This document shows, piece after piece, positions 28,040-38,484 of a stretch of DNA of 62,314 nt. Origin of the DNA: Gemmatimonadota bacterium (GTDB lineage: Bacteria; Gemmatimonadota; Gemmatimonadetes; Gemmatimonadales; GWC2-71-9); the NCBI GenBank assembly GCA_041482275.1, contig JBGPDL010000006.1:1-62314 (forward strand), written 5' to 3'. How positions within the stretch are numbered: the stretch's first letter is position 1; the number at the start of each line of letters is the position of its first letter. The notes below the pieces were generated by a model. That model searched no databases and had not been told where the DNA came from. It saw nothing but the letters and a program-made list of their open reading frames with translations. The position numbers and the translations under genes are program-made.

Positions 28040-29875
28040 ATGATGCGCGCGATGCGCGAAATCACGAAACCCGTCTTCTGGGTCGTGGCGATCTCTTTCA
28101 TCGGCTGGATGGCGTACGGCCAGGTTTCGGACTTCGTCGCGGGCGGCAAGGACGTCGTCTTGAAAGTGGACGGCGCGGTGGTGCGATCGCAGCCGTTCCA
28201 GGCTCAGTATCAGACCATGCTCGAGCAGTACCGGCGCCAACAGGGCGGCGGGCGCCTCACGCGCGAGGACGAACGCCAGATCCAAGATCGCGTCGCGGAT
28301 CAGTTCATCCAGAACATCCTGCTCGATCGGGCGTATCGGCGTCTGGGCATCACGATCTCGGACGAAGAGATCATCCAGTCCGCGAAAAGCTCGCCCCCGC
28401 CGCAGATCCTGCAGCAGGTGCTTCAGGACCCTACGTTCCAGACCAACGGCCAGTTCGACATCACGAAGTGGCAGCGCTACCTCGCGAGCGCCGCCCCGGA
28501 GTTCCGCGCCGAGATCGAGCGATTGTACCGCGAGTTTCTGCCGCAGCGCAAGCTCGAGGACTACCTCACGGCCGACGTCTACGTGTCCGACGCCAAGCTG
28601 TGGCGCATCTGGCGCGATCAGCACGAGTCGGTGACGGTCGCGTTGCTTGTCGTCCGGCCGGAGGACGTGCCGGACTCGCTGGCCCCGGTGAGCGATGCAG
28701 AGCTGGCGCAGTACTATGCGGCTCACCGGAACGACTTCAAGCGGCCGGCGGCGGCGTGGCTCAGGTACGTGGCGCTGCCCCGCATCCCGGACGGAGCGGA
28801 CAGCGCCGCGGCTCTAGCGCACGTGCGCGCGTTGCGGGCGCGGATCACGAGCGGCAAGGCCAAGTTCGAAGACGTGGCGAAGCGGGAGTCGGCGGACTCG
28901 GGCAGCGCGGCGCGCGGCGGGGATCTCGGCTGGGTGAAGCGCGACGCCCCGGGGTTCGTGGCGCCGTTTGCAACCGCAATGCGCCGGCTCGCGCCGGGAA
29001 CGCTCAGTGAGCCGGTGCTGACCGACTTCGGCTATCACGTGATCCGCGTCGACGCCGCCCAGGGCGACTCGGTTCACGTCCGGCACATCCTCGTGCCGAT
29101 CGCCCTGCAGGGCAAACATCTCGACGCAGTGGACGCCCGTACCGACACGCTGGACCGCCTCGCGGCGGAGCAAACCGACGGTGCCCGGCTCGACACCGCG
29201 GCCCGCCGGCTCGGCCTGCCGTTCGCGCGCGCGCCGAGGCTCGTCCGGGGCGAGCGGATGACGCTCGGCCGCTCTACCGTCCCCGACGTCGGCGTGTGGG
29301 CGTTCGAGGCACGGCCCGGCGAAACGAGTCCGGTGATCGATGCCGCAGGGGCGAGCTATGTGTTCCGTCTCGACTCGCTCGAGGCGGAAGGCGTCCCGCC
29401 GCTCGCACAGATCCGCGCCCGCGTGCTCGGCGCGGCACGCTACGAAAAGAAGAAAGCGGTGACGCGCAAACGCGCGGAGCAGGCGGCCGCGTCTCTCCGC
29501 GACGCGGCGGATCTGGTCGCCGCCGGTCGGGCGCGCGGATACCAGCCCGAGAAGCTCGGCCCATTCACCCGCGTATCGGCGCCCGCCGAGTTCGCGCGCA
29601 ACCCGATTGTGCTGGGTGTGGCCTTCGGGCTGCGGCCGGGGGAACGCAGCGGCGTGGTGGCGGGGGAGACCGGCTGTTTCGTGGTGCAGGGTCTGGCGCG
29701 GCACGCCGCCGACTCGGTCGCCTGGCTGAAGCAGCGCGTCGCCCAGCGCGACGCGCTGATCCGACCGATCGCGCAGGCACGGGTGCAGCAATACCTCGCC
29801 GCGCTGCGCGCTCAGGCGAAGGTGGTGGACCACCGCGAGGAGTTGTTCCGCCCCGCGGCGACCAGCGCGAGCTAG
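28040..29875 (+). CDS. SurA N-terminal / parvulin peptidyl-prolyl isomerase (PpiD-like)
   Basis: N-terminal TM, FEDVAKRESAD.GS..RGGDLGW and FGYHVI; GGGAG SD before ATG 28040. Confidence 0.88.
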   Translation: MMRAMREITKPVFWVVAISFIGWMAYGQVSDFVAGGKDVVLKVDGAVVRSQPFQAQYQTMLEQYRRQQGGGRLTREDERQIQDRVADQFIQNILLDRAYRRLGITISDEEIIQSAKSSPPPQILQQVLQDPTFQTNGQFDITKWQRYLASAAPEFRAEIERLYREFLPQRKLEDYLTADVYVSDAKLWRIWRDQHESVTVALLVVRPEDVPDSLAPVSDAELAQYYAAHRNDFKRPAAAWLRYVALPRIPDGADSAAALAHVRALRARITSGKAKFEDVAKRESADSGSAARGGDLGWVKRDAPGFVAPFATAMRRLAPGTLSEPVLTDFGYHVIRVDAAQGDSVHVRHILVPIALQGKHLDAVDARTDTLDRLAAEQTDGARLDTAARRLGLPFARAPRLVRGERMTLGRSTVPDVGVWAFEARPGETSPVIDAAGASYVFRLDSLEAEGVPPLAQIRARVLGAARYEKKKAVTRKRAEQAAASLRDAADLVAAGRARGYQPEKLGPFTRVSAPAEFARNPIVLGVAFGLRPGERSGVVAGETGCFVVQGLARHAADSVAWLKQRVAQRDALIRPIAQARVQQYLAALRAQAKVVDHREELFRPAATSAS

Positions 29876-30108
29876 TCGCTCAGGCGCTTCGGGTCGCCGC
29901 CCGACGACAGCGAGCTGGACGTCGGCGGCTGCACGCCGCGCGGCGGTGCCGGCAGGTCGTCGCCGGTCGCGTCCTTGAGACTCCGCTTGAACTCCTTGAT
30001 CCCCTGTCCGATCGACGATCCGATTTCCGGAATCCGCTTCGCGCCGAACACCAGGACCAGCACCAGCAGCAGGATCAGGATGTGGCTGAACGACAGGTCC
30101 CCGAACAT
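29872..30108 (-). CDS. tatA: Twin-arginine translocase TatA/TatE subunit
   Basis: TM helix plus FGAKRIPEIG..IG.GIKEFK. Confidence 0.92.
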   Translation of the reverse strand: MFGDLSFSHILILLLVLVLVFGAKRIPEIGSSIGQGIKEFKRSLKDATGDDLPAPPRGVQPPTSSSLSSGGDPKRLSD

Positions 30109-30121
30109 GACTTGCCTCGCT

Positions 30122-30394
30122 TCAAAAGATCGACCGGGCGACGTAGTACGCGATCGCCACTCCCACGAGCGCGAGCAGCGAGACGTCCAATCCGATCGGC
30201 CCGAGCGTGATCGACACGACCAGGAGGTCCATGTGGACCGGCCCCAGTGTCGGGGTCACAGCCCACGTGAAGATCTCTTTCGCCGGCCCCTGCGGCAGGA
30301 AGCGGCGCAGGAGCGAGTGGACGAAGCCGCCGAGCACGAAGCCGGTCGCCAGCACGCCGAAGTAAAATAGCGGCCTGCGCGGGCCTTGCGCCAC
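30122..30394 (-). CDS. Small membrane protein (DUF4321-like)
   Basis: 90 aa, two hydrophobic segments, in operon position. Confidence 0.65.
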   Translation of the reverse strand: MAQGPRRPLFYFGVLATGFVLGGFVHSLLRRFLPQGPAKEIFTWAVTPTLGPVHMDLLVVSITLGPIGLDVSLLALVGVAIAYYVARSIF

Positions 30395-30396
30395 GG

Positions 30397-31386
30397 CTAG
30401 CTGCGCCGCTCCACGGCGTATGCAATGCTGTCGCGCAACGCGTCGCGCGCGGGCGACGGGGGCAGGACGTCCAACTCCGCGTCGGCCTGCTGGGCCAGCT
30501 CCAAGGCCCGGCGGCGGGCGTAGTCCAGCCCCCCGGTGGCAATAACGCGCTGGATCACCTCCGCCACCAGCGCGTCAGCAGGTTCCGGAGTGGTCATCAG
30601 CTCGCCCACCAGCCGCCGGTCGGCAGGAGTCATCGCGCCGAGCGCGGCGATCAGCGGCAGCGTGACCGTGTGCTCGCGCAGATCCCGCCCCGACGGCTTG
30701 CCCGTCACCGCCTCGCCGGCGGTGTAGTCGAGCAGGTCGTCGGCGATCTGGAAGGCCATGCCGAGCCGCATCCCGAACCGCGCGAGCGCCGCGCGGTATT
30801 CCTCCGGTGCGCGCAACGCGCCCACCTCGCACGCACCCGATAGGAGCGACGCCGTCTTGGCGCGAATCAGCTCGTCGTACTGGGTTTCGCCGTACGCCAG
30901 CTTGTCGTGCGCCTCGAGCTGCCGCATCTCGCCGATCGTCATTTCGTTCGTGACCCGCGCGAAGACGCGCAGCGGCGCGACATCGTCCAGGCGGACGAGC
31001 TCGATGATGGCGCGAGAGTACAGGTAGTCGCCCATGATCACGGCCACCTGGTGAGAGAACAGCGCGTTGACGGTCGGCATGCCGCGTCGCAGCACGGAGT
31101 GGTCCACCGAGTCGTCGTGGACCAGGGTCGCCAGGTGGATCAGCTCCACCACCGCCGCCAGCGTGACCGCGCGCGGGTCCTCCGCAAGCGCCGCCTGGCT
31201 CGAGAGCAGCAGCAACGTGGGACGGAACAGCTTGCCCTTCATCCGCAGCAGGTGTTCGTTGACTTCGGCGACGATAGGGAAGTCCGCGGCGATGATGCGC
31301 CGCAGCTCGTCGGCGACGCGGGCGAGCTCGGCCGCCACCGGCCGTTGCAGGTCCCGCAGCGCGACCGGAACGACTTGTTGGCTCAC
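30397..31386 (-). CDS. Polyprenyl diphosphate synthase (IspB/HepT-like)
   Basis: GKLFRP, ATLVHDDSVD..RRG, KTA and FQIADDLLD; GTG 31386. Confidence 0.93.
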   Translation of the reverse strand: MSQQVVPVALRDLQRPVAAELARVADELRRIIAADFPIVAEVNEHLLRMKGKLFRPTLLLLSSQAALAEDPRAVTLAAVVELIHLATLVHDDSVDHSVLRRGMPTVNALFSHQVAVIMGDYLYSRAIIELVRLDDVAPLRVFARVTNEMTIGEMRQLEAHDKLAYGETQYDELIRAKTASLLSGACEVGALRAPEEYRAALARFGMRLGMAFQIADDLLDYTAGEAVTGKPSGRDLREHTVTLPLIAALGAMTPADRRLVGELMTTPEPADALVAEVIQRVIATGGLDYARRRALELAQQADAELDVLPPSPARDALRDSIAYAVERRS

Positions 31387-31387
31387 G

Positions 31388-33952
31388 TCACTTCGCCTTC
31401 GCGAGCGCCTTGGCGCGCTCGCCGACGTCCCGGAAGCGGATGTCCACCGCGAACACCCGACCGTACAGCTCGCGCGCCTCCACTCGCTTGCCCTGCTCCT
31501 CGAGGGCCCGGCCCAACCAGTACAAGATGCCGAGGCGCTCCTGGTCGCCCGACGCGGGCAGCTCGAGCGCGCGCCGCAGGATAGACTCCGCCACGACGTG
31601 CGCGCCCTTCTCCATGAAACACACACCCAGCGCCTCCGAGCTCCGCAACTTCCCCTCGGGGGAGCGCAACGCCTTCTGCAGCTGCGCGATCGCTTCGTCC
31701 AGCAACCCCATCTCCTTGAACGCCACGCCCAGGTCGTAGTGCGACTGGAAATCGCCCTCGTCGATATTCTCGTCGATCCCCTGCTTGAAGCGCGCGAGCA
31801 TGTCCCGGAAATCCTGCTCCTCGTCGCCCGTGGGCTCCTCGTCGGCCACCTTCATGCGGGTGTCGCGCTCGGGCAGGTCGCTCGTGAGAATCATCGCTTC
31901 GAGATCCACGAAATCGCCTTCGTCCCCCGCTTCGTCCCGGACCTTCATTTTCGCGTCCCGGGGGTCCGTCTTCCCCTCTGTGTGGCGAGCGGGCGCCTTC
32001 GCCTTCGGCGCCGGCGGCGCCGGCGCGACGGGTGCGAGCATCGCGAGGGCCGCCTTGGCACGCTCGTTGCCCGCATCGTGCTCGGCCACCCGCTGGTAGA
32101 CGGCCCGCGCCTTGTCCGGCAGATCGCTCCGCAGCAGCGTGTCGGCGAGCTCCACGTAGGCGTCGACCAGCCTCGCCTTGTCGCCCGACTTGAACGCGAA
32201 CTCGACCTGCTTCTGGCGGTGGCGCACACTGTTGGGGTCGAGCCGTAGGATCTCGTCGACCAGGTCCTGCGCCTGGGGCAGGTTTCCGCGGTTCTCGAAC
32301 CCGGTGGTCGCAAGGTCCAGCTCCTCGATGCCCCGCTCGCGCTCCCCCGCCTCGATCAGCGCCTCGCCCAGGGTGTGATGCGCCTCGGGATCGTCGGGGT
32401 CGTCGGCGACGCGCGCCTCGAGCTCCTCGATCGTCGGCTTCGCCGCCGGCGCCTCGATGTTGGCGAACACCAGCGACCCGGTCTCGTCGGCCTGGTTCAC
32501 CACGCCGTCGAGCCCCAGGTCGATCGCGGCCGAGCGGCGCCCCGGCGACGTGATCGAGGTGTCGTTTTCCGTCTGGATGAACCCCACGGTCCCGGCGACC
32601 GGCGCTGCGTCATCGATCGCGAGCGGCTGGTCGTCGACGTCGTGACCCTTCCCCGTGGTAGCCGTGTCGAAATCGGGCTCGAGCTCGAGCGGCGGCACCT
32701 CCATTGCCGTCTTGCGGTTGGGGGACGTGGGCGGCGGCGGCGCCGGACGCCTGGGCACAACCGGCTTCACCCTGGCCGGCTCGGCCCGAGGCGGCTCGAG
32801 GGTCGGAGCGGGCGACTTGGGAACGGTCATCCGTAACGGTGCCCCCTTCGCAGAGATCGGCGCAGCGGGTCGCTTCGGCACGACCGGCGCCACCCGGCCC
32901 GGCGGAGCCTTCGGCGGAACCGCCTTCGGGGCCGCAACGGGCGGCTCGATTTCCAGCTCGCTCTCGAGCAGCGGCTCGAGCTCGATCTCTCCGTCCAGCG
33001 AGTCCACATCCCCGGTCGCGGTGGGCTCGAGCTCCGCCAGCGGAACGACGTCGTCCGCGGTGACCTCGTCCCGTAACGACGGAACGTTCCTCGCTTCGAG
33101 CTGCACGTCGCCGAACTCCGTGCTGGTCGTCTCGAACCCCTCGAGCACTCCGCCCCCGGCGGTGGACTCGACTCCTTCGACGAGACTGGTCGATTCGATC
33201 TCCAGCGACACGTCGGGCTCTGCCGTCACCGGCTCGATCAGACTCTCCGCGACGGTCTCCGGCTCGGGCGCAGGCAGCGGCGCCGGTTTGGCTGGAGCGG
33301 TGGCGCGCGGCCCGGTGGGCGCCTTCGGAACGGGCGGAGCGTCGACGTCCAGAAATACCAGGCTCGACGTCTTGCGCTTGCCGGACTTGGACGGGTCATC
33401 GAGGGGCGCGACTTTCGCCGCCGCCGCGGCGCCGCCGATCGAGCGACGCTCCGGGGCGCCGTACATCCGCAGATGCTCCTCCAGGGTCTCGCGCAGATGG
33501 GCGCCCTCACCCGACAGGTCGGCGAACTCCTTCAGCGCGGCGAACGCCTGCTGGATCTTTCCCACCTTGTGCATCCGCTCCGCATACTCGACGAAGTTCT
33601 GCTTGGCCTCGGCCATGAAGCCCTTCGCCGCGTACAGCTTCGCGAGCTTCAGATAGGTCGTCTGCCGCCCCGGCGCGTTGCGCAGCACCTTGTTGCACAT
33701 CGCGATGGCATTGTTGTGGAAGCCCAACTCGGCGTACCTGTCGACCGCGCGGTCGTAGTAGTCGGCGGCCAGGGCGGGGTCCCTGACCTTGAGATACAGA
33801 TCGCCGACGCGATTGAAGACGGAGAGATCCGGGTTGGGGTCGCCCTCCGCATCCTGCTCCGTGAGGATTTCGAGCCACGCCTCGATGGCCCCCTTGGGGT
33901 CTTTGGCCTCGAGCGTGCGGGCCTTGTCCTTGAGCTTCTCAAGTTTCGACAT
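31388..33952 (-). CDS. Large TPR protein with long disordered acidic/Pro-rich centre
   Basis: TPR clusters at both ends; C-terminal SHYDLGVAFKEMGLLDEAI. Confidence 0.85.
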   Translation of the reverse strand: MSKLEKLKDKARTLEAKDPKGAIEAWLEILTEQDAEGDPNPDLSVFNRVGDLYLKVRDPALAADYYDRAVDRYAELGFHNNAIAMCNKVLRNAPGRQTTYLKLAKLYAAKGFMAEAKQNFVEYAERMHKVGKIQQAFAALKEFADLSGEGAHLRETLEEHLRMYGAPERRSIGGAAAAAKVAPLDDPSKSGKRKTSSLVFLDVDAPPVPKAPTGPRATAPAKPAPLPAPEPETVAESLIEPVTAEPDVSLEIESTSLVEGVESTAGGGVLEGFETTSTEFGDVQLEARNVPSLRDEVTADDVVPLAELEPTATGDVDSLDGEIELEPLLESELEIEPPVAAPKAVPPKAPPGRVAPVVPKRPAAPISAKGAPLRMTVPKSPAPTLEPPRAEPARVKPVVPRRPAPPPPTSPNRKTAMEVPPLELEPDFDTATTGKGHDVDDQPLAIDDAAPVAGTVGFIQTENDTSITSPGRRSAAIDLGLDGVVNQADETGSLVFANIEAPAAKPTIEELEARVADDPDDPEAHHTLGEALIEAGERERGIEELDLATTGFENRGNLPQAQDLVDEILRLDPNSVRHRQKQVEFAFKSGDKARLVDAYVELADTLLRSDLPDKARAVYQRVAEHDAGNERAKAALAMLAPVAPAPPAPKAKAPARHTEGKTDPRDAKMKVRDEAGDEGDFVDLEAMILTSDLPERDTRMKVADEEPTGDEEQDFRDMLARFKQGIDENIDEGDFQSHYDLGVAFKEMGLLDEAIAQLQKALRSPEGKLRSSEALGVCFMEKGAHVVAESILRRALELPASGDQERLGILYWLGRALEEQGKRVEARELYGRVFAVDIRFRDVGERAKALAKAK

Positions 33953-35216
33953 GGAGTCCTAAAGATACCGGCGCCGGGGAGAGCGGACAAGCGGAACCCC
34001 CTGTCCAGACGGCGGTTACGAGGTTTTCCCCCATCCAGTACGCCGCTTCCCGCCAATCCGTCACGGCGCATGCCACGAGGTCGGCGCGAAACCCGGGGGC
34101 GATCTGACCCCGATCGCCGGCCAGGCCGAGCGCTGCTGCGGCGTTCACGGTCACCGCGTGGACGACCTCCGCGTGGCGCAGGCCGAGCTGCGAGACGCCG
34201 AGCGCCATCACCAGCGGCAGGCTGACGGTGGGCGACGATCCCGGGTTGAAGTCGGTCGCGAGCGCGACGGCCGCGCCGGCCTCCACCAAGCGCCGGGCCG
34301 GTGCCTGCTGGCGCCGGCCGAGGAACACCATCGTCGCGGGCAGCAGAACGGCCACGGTGTCGCTCGCCGCGAGCGCGCGGATCCCGGCCTCCGAGATTCC
34401 GGCGAGGTGGTCCGCGGACAGCGCTCCCAGCTCGGCAGCGAGCTCGGCCCCGCCGGAGCCTTCGAGCTCGTCGGCGTGCAGCTTCACGGCCAGCCCATGA
34501 CGTCGCGCGGCGCTGAGGATGGCGCGGGTTTCCGCGACGTCGAACACGCCGGGCTCGCAGAACACGTCGCATGCCACGGCCAGCCGCTCGCGGGCCACCG
34601 CGGGGATCATCTCGTCGCACAGCAAGCGTACGTACTCCGCGCGGGCGTTGCGGTACTCCGGCGGGACCTCGTGGGCGCCGAGGAACGTGGGGACCAGAGC
34701 GGCGCGCTCCGTGGCAGCCACGTCACGGACGACACGCAGCTGCTTGAGTTCCGTGGCGGGATCGAGCCCATATCCCGATTTCACTTCGACTGTGGTCGCG
34801 CCATGTGCGAGGAGCGTGCGCACGCGCGCGCGGGTGAGCGCGGCCAGTTCGCCCTCGCGCCGCGCGCGCACGTCGCGCACCGACTGCAGGATTCCCCCGC
34901 CCCCTGCCGCGATCGTCTTGTAGTCCTCACCGAGGGCCCGGCGCTCATGGTCGTCGAGCCGGGGCGCCCCGAACACGGCGTGCGTGTGACAATCGATCAG
35001 GCCGGGGAACAGGACGCCGCGCACCTCCTCCGCCACCGCACCGCCGTGCATGTCCCGCAGCGCTGCGTAAGATCCGACCGCCCGGATGCGGTCGCCGTCC
35101 AGCAATACCGCGGCGTCGTGGAGCACCTCCAGCTCGCGCAACTCCCGGCCGCGGCGTGCCCGTGGCGGGCCACGGCCGGTCACGATCTGGCGGGCGCCGA
35201 CGAGCAGCGTACTCAG
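33939..35216 (-). CDS. hutI: Imidazolonepropionase (probable CTG start)
   Basis: [30 protein letters not shown] and [10 protein letters not shown]. Confidence 0.93.
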   Translation of the reverse strand: MSTLLVGARQIVTGRGPPRARRGRELRELEVLHDAAVLLDGDRIRAVGSYAALRDMHGGAVAEEVRGVLFPGLIDCHTHAVFGAPRLDDHERRALGEDYKTIAAGGGGILQSVRDVRARREGELAALTRARVRTLLAHGATTVEVKSGYGLDPATELKQLRVVRDVAATERAALVPTFLGAHEVPPEYRNARAEYVRLLCDEMIPAVARERLAVACDVFCEPGVFDVAETRAILSAARRHGLAVKLHADELEGSGGAELAAELGALSADHLAGISEAGIRALAASDTVAVLLPATMVFLGRRQQAPARRLVEAGAAVALATDFNPGSSPTVSLPLVMALGVSQLGLRHAEVVHAVTVNAAAALGLAGDRGQIAPGFRADLVACAVTDWREAAYWMGENLVTAVWTGGSACPLSPAPVSLGLHVET

Positions 35217-36877
35217 TCGCCCGCCTCCCGCATCGGCAATCGAATGCCGTGACGGCGAGCGGTGGCGAGGGCATCCGGGTAGCCCGCGTCCGCGTGGCGC
35301 GCCACGCCGATCCCCGGATCGTTCGTGAGCACGCGTTCGAGCCGCCGCCCGGCCGCGGGCGACCCGTCCGCCACGCTCACCTGCCCGGCGTGTAACGAGT
35401 TGCCGATCCCGACCCCACCCCCGTGATGGAACGACACCCACCCGGCGCCCGACGCCGTGTTGAGCAGCGCGTTGAGAATCGGCCAGTCGGCGATGGCGTC
35501 GGACCCATCCCGCATCGCTTCCGTCTCCCGGAACGGCGAAGCGACCGATCCCGTGTCGAGGTGATCCCGCCCGATCACCACCGGTGCGCTGAGCTCCCCC
35601 CGCCCCACCAGGTCGTTGAGCGCGCATCCGAAGGCGGCCCGCTCGCCCTGCCCCAACCAGCAGATGCGGGCGGGCAAGCCCTGGAACGCCACGCGCTCCT
35701 GGGCGAGCCCGATCCAGCGACGCAGATGCTCCTGGTCGGGGAAGAGCTCGAGCACCAGCCGATCGGTGCGTTGCAGGTCCTTCGGGTCCCCCGAGAGGGC
35801 GACCCAGCGGAACGGCCCCTTTCCCTCGCAGAACAGCGGCCGGATGTACTCGGGAACGAAGCCGGGAATGTCGAACGCGTCCGCCACGCCAGCGTCCCGC
35901 GCCTGGGCGCGGATGTTGTTGCCGTAGTCGAAAACCACCGCGCCCCCGCGCCGCAGCGCGAGCATCGCCTGCACGTGCGTCGCGATGCTCGCGACCGCGC
36001 GCCGGACGTACTCGGCTGGCGCGCTCCGCCGCAACGCTATCGCCTGCTCGAGGTCGAGTCCCGCCGGCACGTACCCGTGCAGCGGATCGTGCGCCGAGGT
36101 TTGATCGGTGACGACGTCGGGGACGTAGCCCTGCCGCACCAGCGTGGGAAGCACCTCGGCGCAGTTCCCGATCAGTCCGACCGACAGGGCCCGGCCCTCC
36201 CGTTTTGCCTCGTCGCACCACCGCAACGCTTCCTCCAGGGACGCGGTCGCGCGATCGAGATACCGGGTGTCGAGCCGGCGCTGCACGCGAGCGGGGTCCA
36301 CCTCCACCGCGAGGCACACACCGTCATTCAGCGTGGCGGCGAGCGGCTGCGCGCCGCCCATTCCGCCCAATCCGCCCGTCACCACCAGCCGCCCCCGCAG
36401 CGATCCCCCGAAGTGCCGCCGCCCCACGGCCGCGAACGTCTCGTAGGTCCCCTGCAGGATGCCCTGCGTGCCGATGTAGATCCACGATCCCGCCGTCATC
36501 TGGCCGTACATGATCAGGCCCCGGCGCTCGAGGTCCCGGAACACGTCCCACGTCGCCCAGCGCCCGACCAGATTCGCGTTCGCGATGAGCACGCGAGGTG
36601 CGTCCGGGTGCGTCGTGAACACGCCCACCGGCTTCCCCGACTGCACGAGTAGCGTCTCATCATCGGCGAGCGTGAGCAGCGTGCGGCAGATCGCGTCGAA
36701 CGCGGGCCAGTCGCGGGCCGCCTTCCCGGTACCGCCGTACACGACCAGGTCCGCCGGGCGCTCCGCCACCTCCGGATCGAGGTTGTTCATGAGCATCCGC
36801 AGCGCCGCTTCCTGGACCCATCCGCGGCACGACTTGGCCGGGCCCCGCGGCGCGCGCACCACTCGAGGCCCGCTCAC
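35213..36877 (-). CDS. hutU: Urocanate hydratase
   Basis: [28 protein letters not shown] and GRDHLD; GTGA overlap with hutH. Confidence 0.97.
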   Translation of the reverse strand: MSGPRVVRAPRGPAKSCRGWVQEAALRMLMNNLDPEVAERPADLVVYGGTGKAARDWPAFDAICRTLLTLADDETLLVQSGKPVGVFTTHPDAPRVLIANANLVGRWATWDVFRDLERRGLIMYGQMTAGSWIYIGTQGILQGTYETFAAVGRRHFGGSLRGRLVVTGGLGGMGGAQPLAATLNDGVCLAVEVDPARVQRRLDTRYLDRATASLEEALRWCDEAKREGRALSVGLIGNCAEVLPTLVRQGYVPDVVTDQTSAHDPLHGYVPAGLDLEQAIALRRSAPAEYVRRAVASIATHVQAMLALRRGGAVVFDYGNNIRAQARDAGVADAFDIPGFVPEYIRPLFCEGKGPFRWVALSGDPKDLQRTDRLVLELFPDQEHLRRWIGLAQERVAFQGLPARICWLGQGERAAFGCALNDLVGRGELSAPVVIGRDHLDTGSVASPFRETEAMRDGSDAIADWPILNALLNTASGAGWVSFHHGGGVGIGNSLHAGQVSVADGSPAAGRRLERVLTNDPGIGVARHADAGYPDALATARRHGIRLPMREAGD

Positions 36878-38358
36878 GCCGCCTCGGGGTCCAAGATGCG
36901 GGCGCGCACCGCGCTCGCGATCCGCTCGATGTCGCCGCCCGCCGGCCGGTCGCCGTCGGCCGCGGCCACCAGGCTGCGCACCGCCGCGTACGTCCGCGCC
37001 ACGCCCCGGCCCGGCCGCAGCGGTTTGAGGAATTCGAGGCCCTGCGCCGCCGCGAGCAACTCCACCGCAACGACCCGCACGGCGTTGGCGAGGATCCGGT
37101 CCGCCTTCCACGCGGCCGTCATGCCCATGGGCACCACGTCTTCCTGGTTCCCTTCGGTGGGTATGGATTGGACGCTCGCCGGCGTCGCGAGGACTCGGCA
37201 CTCGGCGACCAGCGCGGCCGCGGCGATCTGCGGGGTCATGAACCCGGACTCGAGGCCGGGATTCCGGGCGAGGAACGGCGGCAGGCCGGAGGAGAGATCG
37301 GGATTCACAATGCGCTCGAGCCGGCGTTCGGCGAGGCCGGCAAGGGTGGCGAGCGCGATGCCGATCACGTCCAGCGCCAATGCGATGGGCTGCCCGTGAA
37401 AGTTGCCGCCGGAGATGATCTCGTCGCCGAACACGAGCGGGTTGTCGGTCGCGGCGTTCAGCTCGGTCGCCACCAATCGCTCCGCGAATGCCAGCCCCTC
37501 CCCCACCGCACCGAGGACCTGCGGCGTGCAGCGCAGGGAATAGGCATCTTGCACGCGCGGGTCGTTCTCGCGATGCGACTCCCTGATCTCGGAGTCGGCG
37601 AGCAGCTCGCGCAACAGGGCGGCGGAGCGCTGCTGGAACGGATGGGGACGCGCGTCGTGGATCCGCGGGTCGAACGGCTCAGGCGAGCCCCGCACGGCCT
37701 CGAGACTCATCGCGGCCGCCGCGTGCGCCGTGCGCCACAGCGTCCAGGCGTCGTGCACGAGCAGCGCCGCGAGCCCCGTCTGCGCTTGCGTCCCGTTGAC
37801 GAACGCCAGCCCCTCCTTCGCTTCCAGCGTGATCGGTCGCAGCTTGTTGGCCCGGAGCGCCGCGCCGTCTTCCCCCTCACCGATCATCGCCAGCGCCAGG
37901 TGCGCGAGCGGCGCGAGATCGCCCGACGCCCCGACGCTCCCCTGCGACGGGACCCGCGGGTGCACCCTGGCGTTCAGCATCTCGACGATGAGCCCCGGCA
38001 GCTCGGGGCGCACGCCGCTCGTGCCCCGCAGCAGCACGTTGGCTCGCAACAACATCATCGCCCGTACCGCGTCGACGGAGAGCGGATCCCCCACCCCCGA
38101 CGCGTGACTGCGAATCAGATTGCGCTGCAGCTCGCGCGCCTGCTCCGGTTTGATCCGCACGTGCGCCAGCTTCCCAAAGCCGGTATTGACGCCGTAGATC
38201 GTATCCCCGCGGGCAACCGCCGCCTCGACCGCCCGGCGCGACGCGGTCACCGTCGCCAGCGACGGCGCGGCGATGGCGACGGACGCGCCGCCGCGGGCGA
38301 CGGCCACAACGTCCTCGATCGAGAGGGAATGGCCGTCCAGCGTGACGAGGGCTGACAT
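36874..38358 (-). CDS. hutH: Histidine ammonia-lyase
   Basis: [14 protein letters not shown] (MIO), QDAYSLRC and GGNFHG. Confidence 0.97.
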   Translation of the reverse strand: MSALVTLDGHSLSIEDVVAVARGGASVAIAAPSLATVTASRRAVEAAVARGDTIYGVNTGFGKLAHVRIKPEQARELQRNLIRSHASGVGDPLSVDAVRAMMLLRANVLLRGTSGVRPELPGLIVEMLNARVHPRVPSQGSVGASGDLAPLAHLALAMIGEGEDGAALRANKLRPITLEAKEGLAFVNGTQAQTGLAALLVHDAWTLWRTAHAAAAMSLEAVRGSPEPFDPRIHDARPHPFQQRSAALLRELLADSEIRESHRENDPRVQDAYSLRCTPQVLGAVGEGLAFAERLVATELNAATDNPLVFGDEIISGGNFHGQPIALALDVIGIALATLAGLAERRLERIVNPDLSSGLPPFLARNPGLESGFMTPQIAAAALVAECRVLATPASVQSIPTEGNQEDVVPMGMTAAWKADRILANAVRVVAVELLAAAQGLEFLKPLRPGRGVARTYAAVRSLVAAADGDRPAGGDIERIASAVRARILDPEAA

Positions 38359-38367
38359 GCGGAGAGG

Positions 38368-38396
38368 AAGCTACGCCAGCGGGCGAGAGACGCCAA
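38368..38396 (-). promoter_or_regulatory. Sigma-70-like promoter of the hut operon (near-leaderless)
   Basis: TTGGCG-N17-TAGCTT, 9 nt before the hutH ATG; no SD. Confidence 0.5.
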
Positions 38397-38399
38397 GAT

Positions 38400-38478
38400 G
38401 TCCCGACGCCGACTGGATGCAAGAGGAGCGAGCGGGATCACCTCCCCGCTCGCCCCGTGCAACGCCCGCTCGGCGTCC
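38400..38478 (-). terminator. Long imperfect hairpin after the lipoprotein gene
   Basis: GGGGCGAGCGGG/CCCGCTCGCTCC core with outer GACGCCGA/TCGGCGTC arms; poor U-tail. Confidence 0.45.
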
Positions 38479-38484
38479 CGGCGA

